Below the pieces are notes generated by a model that was not told the DNA's origin, did no database searches, and was given only the letters and a program-made list of their open reading frames with translations. A stretch of DNA of 63,856 bases, the filler included, from Reticulomyxa filosa (taxonomy: Eukaryota > Protista > Foraminifera): NCBI GenBank assembly GCA_000512085.1. It is 22 parts of 22 records of this genome, joined end to end, with 100 filler letters (N's around TTAATTAATTAA, not from the genome) between each part and the next. Parts side by side here need not be neighbours in the genome. Positions count along the whole stretch, not along the records: positions 28,690 to 33,404 come from ASPP01002637.1; positions 33,505 to 36,922 come from ASPP01014544.1; positions 37,023 to 38,447 come from ASPP01022841.1; positions 38,548 to 45,112 come from ASPP01011548.1; 18 more parts are not named here. The stretch is one strand, 5' to 3'. How positions within the stretch are numbered: the first letter of the stretch is position 1; every line of letters begins with the position of its first letter. Both the position numbers and the translations under genes were made by a program. This document shows positions 28,690-41,900 of this stretch, one piece after another.

Positions 28690-29721
28690 AGCGAAAAATA
28701 CTACTTTGCCTTTACCGAAATTGGCAAGTTAGTGACTAAAGCAAAAGGTGCTTTTGTGGATGTGATAGGATACGTGGATGAAATGACAGAATTGCGTACG
28801 ATATTCTCAACCACATTCCGCACGATCTTGTTGGTCGATCCAAGTGGCAAAGTGGAGATATCGCTATGGGGAGAAACTGCGCAACAGTTTGACGAGAAAG
28901 TGAAGGAGAGTCACTGCATTGCCGCGCTCAAAGGGTGTCGCGTGACTTCACATGGTGGGCACTTTTCAATATGCACAAAACCGAAAGGATTGTCTTTGTC
29001 CAGTGGCAACATCATGCAAATCAACCCAAAGTCACTCCCTGAATTTGCCTCGTTGCAAGCATGGGGACGTGAGTGCAACTTTGACTTTGCATTTATTCCC
29101 CATGTCACGTGGAAGGCTATCCAATCTGGCTTTGGGTTCAGTCGGCGTACTATAGCACAATTTATCTTTTGGAACGACTGCTTGTCGCGAACACAACAGA
29201 ATGAAATGATACAACAATTGGACAAGCCTTCAATGGGGACGTTTGTCGTCAAAGCCACAATCACTTCCATCCCACACAATCCTAACAAACCCCCTTGGTA
29301 CAAATGTTCTCCTTTTGACTATCGCAAAGTCATTTCGGATGGTCGTGGCATGTGGCTTTGTCCGTTCCAGTTGAAGACGTATTCCACTTATAACGTCAGA
29401 TACTTACTGTCGTTACGTTTGACGGATGACTCGGGATCCGAGTGGTTCTATTGCTTGAATTCTGTTGCTGATCAAATCTTGGGTGCTCGTGCATCTGATC
29501 TTGAACAGTTCTTGAAGGATGGAAATATCGACGAATACAATCGTGTCTTCCAAAATGCAACTTATAAAACCAAGTACTTCGAAGTCCACATCTCTATTGG
29601 AATCCGGTCACAACTCCGCTATCTCATCGATGGTGTCCGAGAAATAGACCCCCAAAAAGAGTGTGCTGATGTTCTTGGCAGCATTTATCACATAACCAAT
29701 TTCCAAACTAACTCGAAATGA
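28690..29721 (+). CDS. RPA1: Replication protein A 70-kDa subunit paralog (DBD-B and DBD-C), 5'-truncated
   Basis: VDVIGYV…LVDPSGKVEISLWGETA…ALKG; RYLLSLRLTDDSGSEW…ADQILGARASDL…FQNATYK. Confidence 0.9.
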   Translation, partial: SEKYYFAFTEIGKLVTKAKGAFVDVIGYVDEMTELRTIFSTTFRTILLVDPSGKVEISLWGETAQQFDEKVKESHCIAALKGCRVTSHGGHFSICTKPKGLSLSSGNIMQINPKSLPEFASLQAWGRECNFDFAFIPHVTWKAIQSGFGFSRRTIAQFIFWNDCLSRTQQNEMIQQLDKPSMGTFVVKATITSIPHNPNKPPWYKCSPFDYRKVISDGRGMWLCPFQLKTYSTYNVRYLLSLRLTDDSGSEWFYCLNSVADQILGARASDLEQFLKDGNIDEYNRVFQNATYKTKYFEVHISIGIRSQLRYLIDGVREIDPQKECADVLGSIYHITNFQTNSK

Positions 29722-30199
29722 ATTTTTTTTTTAAGGCCTTAAGAACACGTCAACCTTCCAATATTCAGTGACTATTCCTTTTAAATAGCCGAATTTCTCC
29801 TAAGCATTGTCAGTTACGTACTAGATAGCTAGCTTTTGAAATATTAAATAGTGAAAAGAAAATAACTGTAATTCAAAGATTATATTTTTCTCATTGTGAA
29901 GAATAAGAGTAATTATCAGTCAAGAAAAATTGTTTTAGTTGCAAAAAGAATCTTTCAAAAATTGATCAAAAGTACAAACACACGATCCAACAGCTTGTTT
30001 CTTCATAAATTTATGAAGTACTTCATTATGCATACAACAATTATAAATAATAATTAGCAATTTCGACTGTCGGTGCTAGTTTCAATTCTCTAAAAGTTTG
30101 ATTAAATTCGCGAACTTTGACTATACAGGGTATAGCTATTGTTGCTAGTATTCAATGACATATTAATTGAAGCAAATGTCTTCGGTGATGTTTTCTATA

Positions 30200-30367
30200 A
30201 TAGTGTCTGTAGGAATAGTGAGAGGACTAAGTGTAATACGAAAAAAACTTAGTTCCAAAAAGCAACTTCAGTAAAAGAAAATTAAATTGACAAAAATAAT
30301 TGTAACACAAGAAAGGAAACAAGACAAAAGTGAGTTGTGTTGTGAAGAAGGTTTTAACCCACCGGGT
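30200..30367 (+). repeat. Dispersed repeat, copy 2
   Basis: Collinear with 5620-5780. Confidence 0.8.
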
Positions 30368-30369
30368 AA

Positions 30370-31580
30370 ATCATTGAAATTGAACAATTGAAAGAAGAAA
30401 TTAAATCAAAAAATAATCAAATAAATATTAATCGTGACAAAGATAAAAAAAGAAAATGAGTACAATAATCAATTATTACAATCCAAATACAGTACATCAT
30501 CTACATTTAACTTTAACTTGTTTTATTTATCATCCAAATTACTCAAGACATTCACTGGACATACCAATTGAGTGTCAGTGTTGATTATTCAATATTTGAT
30601 TATTGTCAACTTATTTGTTCTAGTTCGATTGATAAAACAATTCGTATATGGGACGTTGACAACAACAGACAAATTCAATCATTCGATGGGCATTCAAGTT
30701 ATGTGTATTGTAAAATTTTCACCACATCATTACAGTAATCATTATTAAAATGCCATTTGTTCTTCATCAAATGACAAAACCATTCGTTTTTGGGATTTCA
30801 AAGATAATAGACAATTGAAATTATTCAATGGGCATACAAATGGTGTATGTAGTATAGAATTTTCATCATTTAATGATGGTAGATATTTGTGTTCTGGACC
30901 AGGTGACACAACTATTTGTTTATGTGATGTTGAACCATCCAGATCATTGCATGTTTTCAATGGACATGAAAAAGCTTCTAGATTTGTGGATATTTCACCA
31001 TTACAAAGTAATAATAACAAGAATGATAACAAAAATAATAGTGTTGGTGTAATTGGTGGTAATGGATATAAACTTTGTTCTGGATCATTTGATAATACCA
31101 TTCAAATATAGATATCAAAATAACTAAACAATTGGTTTATTCAAAGGACATGAAGATTTTTTAAGAAGTGTAAAATATGGCTCAAATGAATTATTAAATA
31201 CAATATTATCTGGATCAGATCATTGCAGTTTTCGCTTGTGTGATATTTGATCTGGTCAACAAATTCAAGTGTTCAATGGATATTCAAATTCTGTGAATAC
31301 TGTTGAATATGCTCCATTTGTAATAAAAAATAATGATGGTAATTCAAATGTGATGTGTTCTGGATCGAATGATAATACAATTCATTTTTGGGATATTCGA
31401 TCAAATAAGGATGAATTGTGTATAATCAAAGGAGATAAAAAAGAAGATAATAGAATAACATGTTTTAAATGTGCATCATTGAAAAAGAAAGGAAATAACA
31501 ATGAACAAAAACTAATGATGATTGTGGTGTTCATTTATGTTATGGTTCAGCAAGTGGTCCAATTCGTATTTGTGGAGTGA
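30370..31580 (+). pseudogene. WD40-repeat pseudogene, paralog of 19119..20867
   Basis: Same motifs (ICSSSNDKTIRFWDFKDNRQL, VGVIGGNGY, FWDIRSNK) broken by several stops and frameshifts. Confidence 0.9.
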
Positions 31581-32794
31581 ATACATAGAAATAAAGCTTT
31601 TTGAATTGCTACACCACTCATGAATTATAACTACTTATTAAAATGCAATTGTTATATTTTTAACGAAAAAATTTTAGTCTTCTTGAAACAAAAAAAGATA
31701 AACATCATCCTTTTATTCAGATTATAATCGTTTTATGTTTAAACTATCTTTTGTTCTACTGTACTTGAGTTTGTTTTACGGATAATAGATCACAAAGTCA
31801 AATTGTACGATCATATGAACATGATACAATTGGGACTAGTTTGCAGTCGGTAGAGCTGAAGTCAAATTTTTTTAAAGCACTTCAACTTCTCACAAATTAC
31901 AACTTTTTTAGTAGAAGCTAATATTAATGATGAATGTGTTAACATGAATTTTTTTTCATGATAAAAATATGCAATTATTATGCGTCACATTTTTCATAAG
32001 TTTCCTGTTTAGCACAATCAGGAACAGCTTTATTTGCTTACTTAATATGGCCCAATTGCATTAGCATAGTACTAATGTCCAAGTTTCACTGAAAAAACTT
32101 GCATGTTGTTGTTGCTTTCGATTTGTTGAATATTCCCTCGGAAGGAAAACCAAATCTCCTTCAAGTACATCAGTTTTCCCACACTGGCACTATTAAGAAT
32201 AATCGGAAAATCCAAAAATCAAACATTATGCTAATCGTGATGCTTGTCAATAGTTTGTTAGCCATTTTTCATGCAACTAGTAAACCTTTGCATGATAAGA
32301 CGTACAAAATGGATTTTTTTAATTGATTTTTTTAACATCAATTCTTTTCCACCCAAACGTGAGGACTAAATAACGTATTATCAATCAAAGATTTCTTCAA
32401 ACTTTCTTTAGTGTCAGCTCATCTTTTAACACATATATTGTATTCGATGTAGTCGTAAGGAAAAATATCTTTTGTATTACACTTTGTGCCGGCCAGCTCC
32501 ACACATAGTCAATCATACATAATAACGTATTTTATCTACTTTTTGATCCCCATATTGATATACTTATTTAAGTTTTGAAAAGAATCCAATTGACTCTTTG
32601 GAAAAATTGTAATTGACTTGGATCACTTTGTGTTATTCTTGGTCATTGTTTTTTCAAATATGACAGTGCTTGTAGATTTGCAAAAATTTTGGAATTTTGT
32701 TAATTCATTGTAAAAAATGGAAAATTATAAAATAAATCACAACAATTCAAAAAAAATTTTGAAATAGTAATCATATATTCCTGTTGTGGTGAGT

Positions 32795-32895
32795 ACTGAT
32801 TGGCATAAGGCGTAATACGAAAAGATATTGCTCTCTGAGCGACCATCAATAGAAAATAATTAAAAAAGAATAATCACAACAATAAAACAAGAAGA
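32795..32895 (+). repeat. Dispersed repeat, diverged copy 3
   Basis: TAAGGCGTAATACGAAA followed by a similar A-rich tail. Confidence 0.45.
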
Positions 32896-33539
32896 GAGGA
32901 AAAACGAAAGAAAAGGAAAAGTAAGATGATAGAAGTTTTTGGAAAAGAGATTTCAAGGCTCACTCGAGCCTTGACATTAAATAGTAGTGCTTTTCCCTAC
33001 ACTGGTATTCGAAAATTGTTTTTCTTATTCCAATAACATTGCTGGGATATAGCATAAATTATCATAATAATGTTCATAATAACAAATGTTTTTTCTACCC
33101 CTGCAGCGGTCTTGGATTGAATTAAAAATGATTTGGGAAAAAAAATGTAATAAAATCATGGAATTGAATGTAAACATAAAAAAAAGGGACGATCATAAAT
33201 CACGGAAAAATTGTTTGGATTTGAATTGCTTGTGATCATGTTCTGTATATTCTCGAATTTTTTTGCGATATTTTAAAGATTTAATCCATTGTTCTCGATC
33301 ATAATATTTGCAATATTTGTTTCTTCTTTCTAATTCATTGTCGTTTAATCCGATCCATTCATTATCATTATTATTATTATTATCATTATTATTATTATTA
33401 TTATNNNNNNNNNNNNNNNNNNNNNNNNNNNNNNNNNNNNNNNNNNNNTTAATTAATTAANNNNNNNNNNNNNNNNNNNNNNNNNNNNNNNNNNNNNNNN
33501 NNNNAAAAAAAAAAAGTAAGTCAATGAAATGTAAAACAA

Positions 33540-34463
33540 AGTGCAGGCGAAGCCATACGACTGTCAGACATCAAAACCGAAGAAGAACAAGAAGACGAAA
33601 TATTGGTCGAAGAGGAGGAGGAGGAGGAGGAGGAAGAAGTGGAGAAGGACGAAAAAGAGGAAGAGGAGGAGGCGCTGAAGAGAGCGTTTGGATCAGCGTT
33701 TGAGGAAGACACGAAAGTGAAAGAGACATCAAACAAAGGCTCCACAACCTCGGATGGCTCCGTACTTTGGTCGGAGCGAGTCCGAAATGGCACTGTGATC
33801 GAACACACCAGCAACGAGGTGGCACTGCCTCTGTTTCAGTTCGGTGGCACTGGACCTGCGGACGCAAGCAAAATGGTGAAGCACGACAGCGCGAAGAGCG
33901 ACGAAAGCAACAGCGTGGACGAAGGATACTCGTCGTCATCGTTCAACACGGCCCCGCTCGATTCCGTTCGCAGTGTCGGATTTGTGCCCTTTGCCACCGC
34001 ACCTCCAAAAAAGGGACCTCTGCAGTCCAAAGAGGAGCCTGCCAACACCCTGACGCGTGGTCAGCGTAGTCAAACTATCATTGGCAGTGATCCGCAGGCG
34101 CGCTCCAAAAACAAGTCGCATAATCGCAGTCAGACTCAAACGAATGGTCCCTCTAATAATAAAAAACATCACTCCAAAGTCAAGGCAAAAAGCAAAGCAA
34201 AGGCCAGAAAAAGAGGAAGAAGCACTTGGTCCAGGGAATTGGATGTGCTGTTGGCTCGAATGATCGAGGATGCAATGACTGATAGCATTGTCGAAATGTA
34301 TCAATCCATCAAAAATCGTCCCAATGCCTCGCTTTTGGGAAGCTTGGAACACAAACTACGCCACTTAACTGACAATCACAGTGGGTTGCCATCACAATTC
34401 AAACAGATGATTGGCAATGCTTTAGATTCTGATATTGAGGAACAAGGATCTTTTAAAGAATGA
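33540..34463 (+). CDS. Hypothetical low-complexity protein, terminal exon
   Basis: 286-aa GC-elevated ORF with a poly-E tract and a helical C-terminus. Confidence 0.7.
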   Translation, partial: SAGEAIRLSDIKTEEEQEDEILVEEEEEEEEEEVEKDEKEEEEEALKRAFGSAFEEDTKVKETSNKGSTTSDGSVLWSERVRNGTVIEHTSNEVALPLFQFGGTGPADASKMVKHDSAKSDESNSVDEGYSSSSFNTAPLDSVRSVGFVPFATAPPKKGPLQSKEEPANTLTRGQRSQTIIGSDPQARSKNKSHNRSQTQTNGPSNNKKHHSKVKAKSKAKARKRGRSTWSRELDVLLARMIEDAMTDSIVEMYQSIKNRPNASLLGSLEHKLRHLTDNHSGLPSQFKQMIGNALDSDIEEQGSFKE

Positions 34464-34699
34464 GTTTTTTTTTTTTTTTTTTTTTTGGGATGAAAATTAT
34501 GCTTCTGATTTTGTTTTGTTTTTTTTTCTTTTGTGATTTGCTTTGTACTATGCCAAGTAGCGAAAATTTTTCATGCTTTTGGTTAAACTTCTTTTTCTTT
34601 AAACGTTCAATCTTTGTCAAATTTCGTACACACTTGATATTAATTTACAGTTACTGAGGAAAAAAAGACATTAAAAAGGGGGAGAGGGGCACAATATGA

Positions 34700-35376
34700 A
34701 CTTTTCGTTCATGTGTAGATTTTTTTTTCCAGCGAACAAATTAATTTTGTTAGGTTGGTTGTACAATGATTTATAATTGAGATAAAAAGCGCTCTTTTAA
34801 GCAGTTCTGATATTTTGAAAAAAAGAGGACGCAAGGTACCGTCGCACCGCCCACATATGTTCGGAGTGTGAATCACACAAACCAAAAAAAATATACTGCA
34901 AAGGAGTGAACGTAATAACCAAGAGGAAAAAAGAACACAAAAGAATACCTGGCGAGTATATCCCGCTGTTGCGTGAACAAATATGTCAGAATTACTTTTA
35001 CCGTTTGACTCTTCAGTGCCCTCTTCTTCATCACTCTCTTCATCACTTTCTTCTTTACTATCTCCATCGCTATCATTATCTTCGCTGTCATCACCTTCTT
35101 TTTTTTTTCATTGCCATCATTTTCCCTTTTTTTCTTTATCTTTGCTTTTCTCCTAGAGCTGCGCGTTTTGTTGTTGCCGTTTTCATTCCCTCCATTTTCA
35201 TTCTCTGCATTTTCATTCTCTGCATTTTCATTCTCTGCATTTTCATTCTCTGCATTTTCATTCTCTATGTTTTTATCTTTATTGGTTCGACGACCTCTTT
35301 TACTCTTCTTCTTCTTGTGCTTCTTGTTCTTTTTCTTTTCGCTATTCTTGCTCTTTTTACTTCCACCTTTGGGCAT
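34700..35376 (-). CDS. Hypothetical K-rich then acidic low-complexity protein; frameshift in the homopolymer near 35100
   Basis: MPKGGSKKSK…(NENAE)n. The alternative frame after the A-run reads EGDDSEDNDSDGDSKEESDEESDEEE. Confidence 0.5.
35180..35270. repeat. 15-bp tandem repeat (TTCTCTGCATTTTCA)n, coding NENAE
   Basis: About 4 exact units plus degenerate flanking units. Confidence 0.9.
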
Positions 35377-38149
35377 TCTTTATTATAGATCTATTTTTAT
35401 ATTTTTCGACAAACAAAATTTCAGTAGACTTCCCAAAATTTTGATTGGGCAATCCTAATTAACAGCAAAAGGGACTTTTTTTACCCGTTCCAATCTTGTT
35501 AATAAACTGCGGTCTCTGACCTGAACGAATGAGACATAGCGTTCAAAACAATTATTGCTTCTATTTCATTTTGTTACTAATATTTATTGTTCTTTATTAT
35601 GATTTACACAAGATCACCTGACCAATCTCCTTGAACGTAATATCATAATAAATCATATAGTTACTATGCCCCATTCCAATAGTCTTAAAAAACAGGAACC
35701 TCTCTACTTTGACAAACCTCAGCAAACCGACATTCGTCTTCCTCCAATATCACCGTTTTGTAGTTATAGTTGCTACCACCCAAGTGATACATCAATTGCA
35801 CTTCTAATCCTTGCAAGTTTTTCGTCTCCACAACCGTACCTTCATTTTCATGTTTAAATGCATTCACAAAATCTAACATTTTGCTTGAGCACCAGTTGAA
35901 AAACTTCAGAAAGTTTCAATTTAACTAGGACATTTACCATAGAATAGATAAAACACACTTGAACAAAAAAAGTAATGTTAAGCGACTTGAGTATGAAAAA
36001 AGCAGTCCGGAGAGATTTTTCTGTTGTCACTGGGCTGGGTAAGGACGTTTTAACAAAAAAAAAATGATCCCCTTTGATTCCAAAAGTATTGCCATTGTTA
36101 TACATTCGAAAGCACAGCACATGGTACTTTGGAAATATGACCACAAGTACTTGTTGAGTCCTGGTGTGATTTTTTTATTTGGAAAAAATGTTTGTTCTTC
36201 ACCACTCAAAAACTTGTGGACATATGTTGATTGGGAACAATAGTGTATCAGTAATATGAGAGTTAGAAGTGAAATGTCCACAGTGTTTAAAAGCAATGCG
36301 CTACGAATACTTGCAGGTACCATTATCTGCAATCGAGCGTTAGTGGTGACCATGACAATAATAAATTATGTGCCACCCACAAAGACTGAACCTTTCAATA
36401 CATCCAAGCACTCACGCTTCACTCAATAATCCATTTCGAGTGATTGACTGGAATGATCAACAGATTACCACATGTTAGATTCAATGTTTTACAACGACAA
36501 TAGCAATAACAATAAACAATAAACTAAATACATTTCTTTGTCTGTCTATGTTTATCTTCATCCATCATTGTCATTGCTTGTATCATTCAATCATTTATTT
36601 ATTACTTTATTCAAAGCATGATCAAATTGTGCATGTCTTGTGTGCAAGGATTGAAAAGACATTTGCAAAGCCAGAAGTTGAAAATACAGAAGTGAAAGAA
36701 AGAGTAGAGAGTGGCGGATTGCCGGTCGTGCAGACTCAATTGTCTTCCAAAGTCATCATTGGTTTTTAAAGCCCGGCAGGTTTGAGACAGGAGAGGGTGG
36801 CAGTGGATGAAAAGACAGGATTTTAAAAAACTTGCATTTTAGGCAGCTGAAACTTATTTATAACGTTGCAAATTTTTTTTTTTTTTTTTTTTATTTTTTC
36901 AAAAAAAAAAAAAAAAAAAAAANNNNNNNNNNNNNNNNNNNNNNNNNNNNNNNNNNNNNNNNNNNNTTAATTAATTAANNNNNNNNNNNNNNNNNNNNNN
37001 NNNNNNNNNNNNNNNNNNNNNNTGAATGTTTAATTGCAATTATTCAATTGAAAGTTGCTCAATTTTCGCTTGCAAGCTTTGTTTAGCCTTTCTATTCTGT
37101 TTCAACCGCTGTTTTCAGAAATTTCTCTTGGTATACTGTTTGTTCGATATCTGATCTTACGAAATACCACAAGATCAGATATATGAAATTTTCAACAGTA
37201 TAAACATTTTTTTGTCGTAGATAAAAAAAATTTTACTAGTTGAAAAAAATTTTCTTACTGCTAGATGTTGCAGTAACTAGTTGTTTTATGATGAAGTATG
37301 TTTAAATGAATTTTTTTTCCCACAAGCAAGAAAAGGCCACAAAAGGCCCAGAAACCGAAGACAAGACCACTGAAGGCCTGGAAACCAAAGAAAAGGCCCC
37401 GAAGGCCCGAAAACCAAAGGGACCATTGGATTCCATCTGAGCTGCACAGAGGCTATCAAATGTGTGATGATCACATAAAGTTTTGGTAGTTAAATTGATA
37501 TCATTTTGAAATGTTATAAAATGATCTTCACCAAGCAAATTTTAAAATAAAATTATTGCTTCAATGTTGAAGTTTGAATGTTATTTATTGTTTACTTTTT
37601 TATAACGTATTGTATTATTTAGTACTGTGTTCAATTTTGAGTGATGTTCTTGTTTTACAATATTTTTCCTTTTGTCAATTCAACAAATTACATCATCTAA
37701 AAAAAAAATAAAAAAATCAAGTATTTGTAAATTGATTGAACAGGTCATCACCAGGAGATTAATGTGGCTGAAGCAGGATTCCAATCGTGGATTAATTGAC
37801 TGAAACGATCCACAAGTCATTAGTACAATAAAGTCTGGATGAAGTATCTATTTGGTCGAACAAATTGAAGATGTTGCTTTCAGACATCAGAATATGAGAA
37901 AATTCCCAAAGATGCAACTGATATTTCACGATTGGAAATGAGTTCTTGGCATAATGAACCAGACTGCTTATGAATATTTATCACAATTATATCAAATAAC
38001 CAAGTCGATTTAATAATCATAATCTTGTGTTGGCCGTGCAAGATTTGTATTGAATCAAAACCATAAATTACATATCGTATATTGGTAAATTGTCGGTGGA
38101 TATATCCATGAACCTGAGGCTGAAGTGCCGACAGTTGAACCATCCAATC

Positions 38150-38447
38150 CCAAAACGAACCTGGCTGCTTTTACAACTTTGATTCTGATATCTGGTTTCC
38201 ACGATCGATTCCCAATAATGAGTTGTTTCATTGACAGGGACAATATATTGATATCTGGAAGCAATTCTTGGATATTTGTCCACCAATTGCGACGTGATTC
38301 ACTGTATCGCAAACATTCCATCAGGAAATGCTCGACAGTTTCTTCTTCTTCACACCAAATACAATCTGGAGAATCTGATCTTTGGATGTTGTATAAATAA
38401 CTGTTCAATCCAATTTTGCCAGTAATCAACCGACAAATAATCTTGCG
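38150..38447 (-). mobile_element. Non-LTR retrotransposon C-terminal zinc-finger fragment
   Basis: LITGKIGLNSYLYNIQRSDSPDCIWCEEEETVEHFLMECLRY: CX2C…ET..H.L..C motif. Confidence 0.85.
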
Positions 38448-38620
38448 NNNNNNNNNNNNNNNNNNNNNNNNNNNNNNNNNNNNNNNNNNNNTTAATTAAT
38501 TAANNNNNNNNNNNNNNNNNNNNNNNNNNNNNNNNNNNNNNNNNNNNAAAAAAAAAAAAAAAAAAAAAAAAGCGAGAAAAGAAACAAAACAAAATAATCA
38601 AACAAAACATAAAATACAAA

Positions 38621-38901
38621 GGAACAAATCGCCAATGCATTTGAGCAACACCTGCCAAGCCCAGAGGATGACATAGACGTGGAAGAGTTTGTTCTTGCCT
38701 TGAAATCGATGAAATGTGACTTGGAAGAAGCGGAAATGCGAAAGCTGTTCAAATATGCCGACGCAGAGGGAGAGGGCTACGTATCGCAAGAGGACGTTTG
38801 CACTTTCTTACTTAAAGAATACTCGAGTGTTGAATTACAGCGAATGAAGCGATCTTTGCTCGCTGCCATTGTTGAGAATATACATAATTTAGATATATTG
38901 T

Positions 38902-38941
<40 letters not shown>

Positions 38942-41900
38942 GTACATATATAGATGGAGGCCGATCCGAACAAACGGGGATCGTCTTTGATCAAAACTGG
39001 CGATGAAACACGCTGGTCGCAGGCGGAAATATCACACATGGAGGAACAGATGAAAGAAGCACTCTTTGGATTGGCCACGAAAATGGAAGTGACGGCGATC
39101 AAAGAAGAAGTTGAGAAAAGCAAACACAAATGAATCAAAAAGCAATTGTACAAGTGCAACGACATTTTGTTTGTTTGTTTGCTTGCTTGCTTGCTCGCTT
39201 GTAGGCGTTTGAGGACGAATATCAAAAAATGTTGGAAGAAGATCCTGAATCGTTCAAAGTAGTTAAGTGAATCAAACAGAAAGAAGGAAAAGATACATTT
39301 ATTTATTTTGAAACAAACAAACAAAAAAATATAAAGAACTAAATGAGACAAGGGATGTCGGGGGGGGGGGGGGGGACTTTGAATGAATTGCAAAAGGCAC
39401 ACGCAAAACGTTGGAAAGTGCATCAAGTAGTGCATTGGCTGATTCAAAATGACATGAAACAATACACAAAAGCATTTTACGAAGAAGGAATCGATGGAGA
39501 CATTCTTTTGAACGACATGAGCGACAATCTGTTGTCTCAGTTGGGTGTGAAGATAGTGCACATTGGACAATTCAAACGCAAATTGAAAGAACTGAAGAAA
39601 GTGATACGTGGGGCTACTGACATCCTTTTAGAAGAAGAAACGACCATTGTGTGGACATTTGCAGGTTAAACTTTACAATATATATATATATATATGTATA
39701 TATTGTAATATCGTATGTAATATATACATATATACATATACATATATATATATATATATACATGTATATGTATATAGACCCGGACAAGAAAAATGAAGCT
39801 AAAATACTTCGAGAAGAGTTGGCAGAAGAACGATTGAAAGTGGCAAATTTGGAGAAAGAATTGGAAGCAGCTCGAAAGCAGATCACGGATTACAAAGAGG
39901 CGTTTCAAGCGTACAAAGAAACGGGAATATTTGGACCGATAGGCGAACCAAGTGCCGCTGGCAGTAGTTCTGACAATGCGAGTGAATCGGCATCCTCGAT
40001 TGAACCGCTGTTGTCCATGGGCTCACAGCGAAGCCAATCATTTTCCAATCTTGCTCTTCCACAGTCGACCGATATCATTGCCAATAATCGACTTGTCAAT
40101 ATTATCAAACAAAAGAAAAATGACAGTATTCAAAATCAAACCCCATTTGCCGCGATTGTGTGTAATTTAATTTAATTTGTTTTTTTTTTTTTAAAAAAAA
40201 ATAAAAAAAAAATAATTAATTAAATTAAATTAAAGAATCGACGACTGAACTTGTTGTTGACATTGATTGATATAGGAAAATGTACCCGAATGGAAAAATG
40301 AAGAGGTGGCATATTGGCTGATCAGCATCAATTTCCCACAGTACGCATTATCTTTTTACAATCTGATATCAGATGGTGACATGTTACTTCATGACGTGGA
40401 CAATGACACATTGATAGAAGACTTGAACGTGAAGAAGATTCATTCACGTCGCATTTTGCAGCAAATTCAAGAATTAAGAAGAGTTGATACATGTTGAATT
40501 TTATTTGTCCCTTTTTGTTGGATAGATTATGTATATATGCATATGTAATAGAGTGTATCCCTAAATTCTTTATTTTTTTTTTAATTTTAATAATTTGAAC
40601 ACATGTATATGTGTTTTGGTATATATCTTTTAATATATATATATATACATATATAACAGGAAGTACTTGGACATTGGGATACGGAAATATTTGAAATGGC
40701 CACGACAGAACCCGACAACAACCGACCGACGAAAGCGGAAATAGCAAAGCTGAAACAGCAATTGGAGACACTGCAAAAAGAACAAGACCAGCTTCTTCAC
40801 GAATTGGAAAATGGACTGTCTTCGGAAGAAATCAACGACGTGAAGACGGACGAAACCACAAACCCGTCTTCGTCCACTTCCAACACGACGAACAACAAAG
40901 GGGCAAAGAACTTCCTGTCGAACAAGATCAGCGCATTGCGAGAAGAACGTGACGAAGTGAAACAACAGTTGGACGCGTTGCAACAAAAGTATAAAGACGA
41001 TATATCCGCCAACGAGGCCAACATTGACGAAATGAAATTCGCGTTGGACGACTTGAAGCAACGCAACACACAACTAACACAGGAATTGGAAACTGCGCAA
41101 ACACATTTGAAGCAATTGAATATCGAATATGAAAACCTCAAAAAAACTTTGGCCGAAAAAAAGACAGATCCCGATCCCAAAGAGCACCTCCTTATCAACG
41201 ACGAGGCCAAGTCGGATGCCAACCCAGACAATGTCGACATTACTCAAATCGTACAAAAAGTAAAGAATATGGCGGACAGCGATCCACACTTTGCTACTCC
41301 AGTTATATACATATTATACATATATGTATATATGTATATATTATATTTTTCCTCCTTTCACGTCTATTCGTCCGTTCACTCATCTTCAAAAAAAAAAAAA
41401 AAAAAAAAAGGCAAATGTTTTAGAGTGGACCCAAGATGAAGTGTGCTTTTGGCTGTACCAAATGCAAGTCGAAGTGTATATCCCGCAGTTTTTGAAAATG
41501 GGCATCGATGGCAACATACTTGTCGGCGATGTGAATGAAAAATGGCTGAAAGAAGATTTGGCTGTTAGCAAATTGCATATCACCAAGATATTGCGAGAGT
41601 TGGAAAAACTAAAGGCACATGTTCAGAAACCTGCGGATGGAGTGGGTGGCAGTTTATACAATATATACATATACATATATATATATATATATTTTTTTTT
41701 TTTTTATAAATTAGTATTATTTGATTGAGAGAGTACATTTTGATTTTACTGGCTCTTTTTTTTTAATAGGCTTGTCAGAACAACAAGCAATCCAAATCCT
41801 TGAATTGACGAAACAATTGAAGGAAGAGAGAGAGTTGGCACATGCTTACGAAACTGAAATCGCCCAACTTAAGGCGGAAATGGAACGCAATGACCCCGTT

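Noticed and set aside
35470-36480. Possible Ntn-hydrolase (choloylglycine hydrolase-like) relic, FVKTSLPSPVTTEKSLRTAFFILKSLNI
   Set aside because: Only one short motif, with no catalytic N-terminal Cys or other motifs found.
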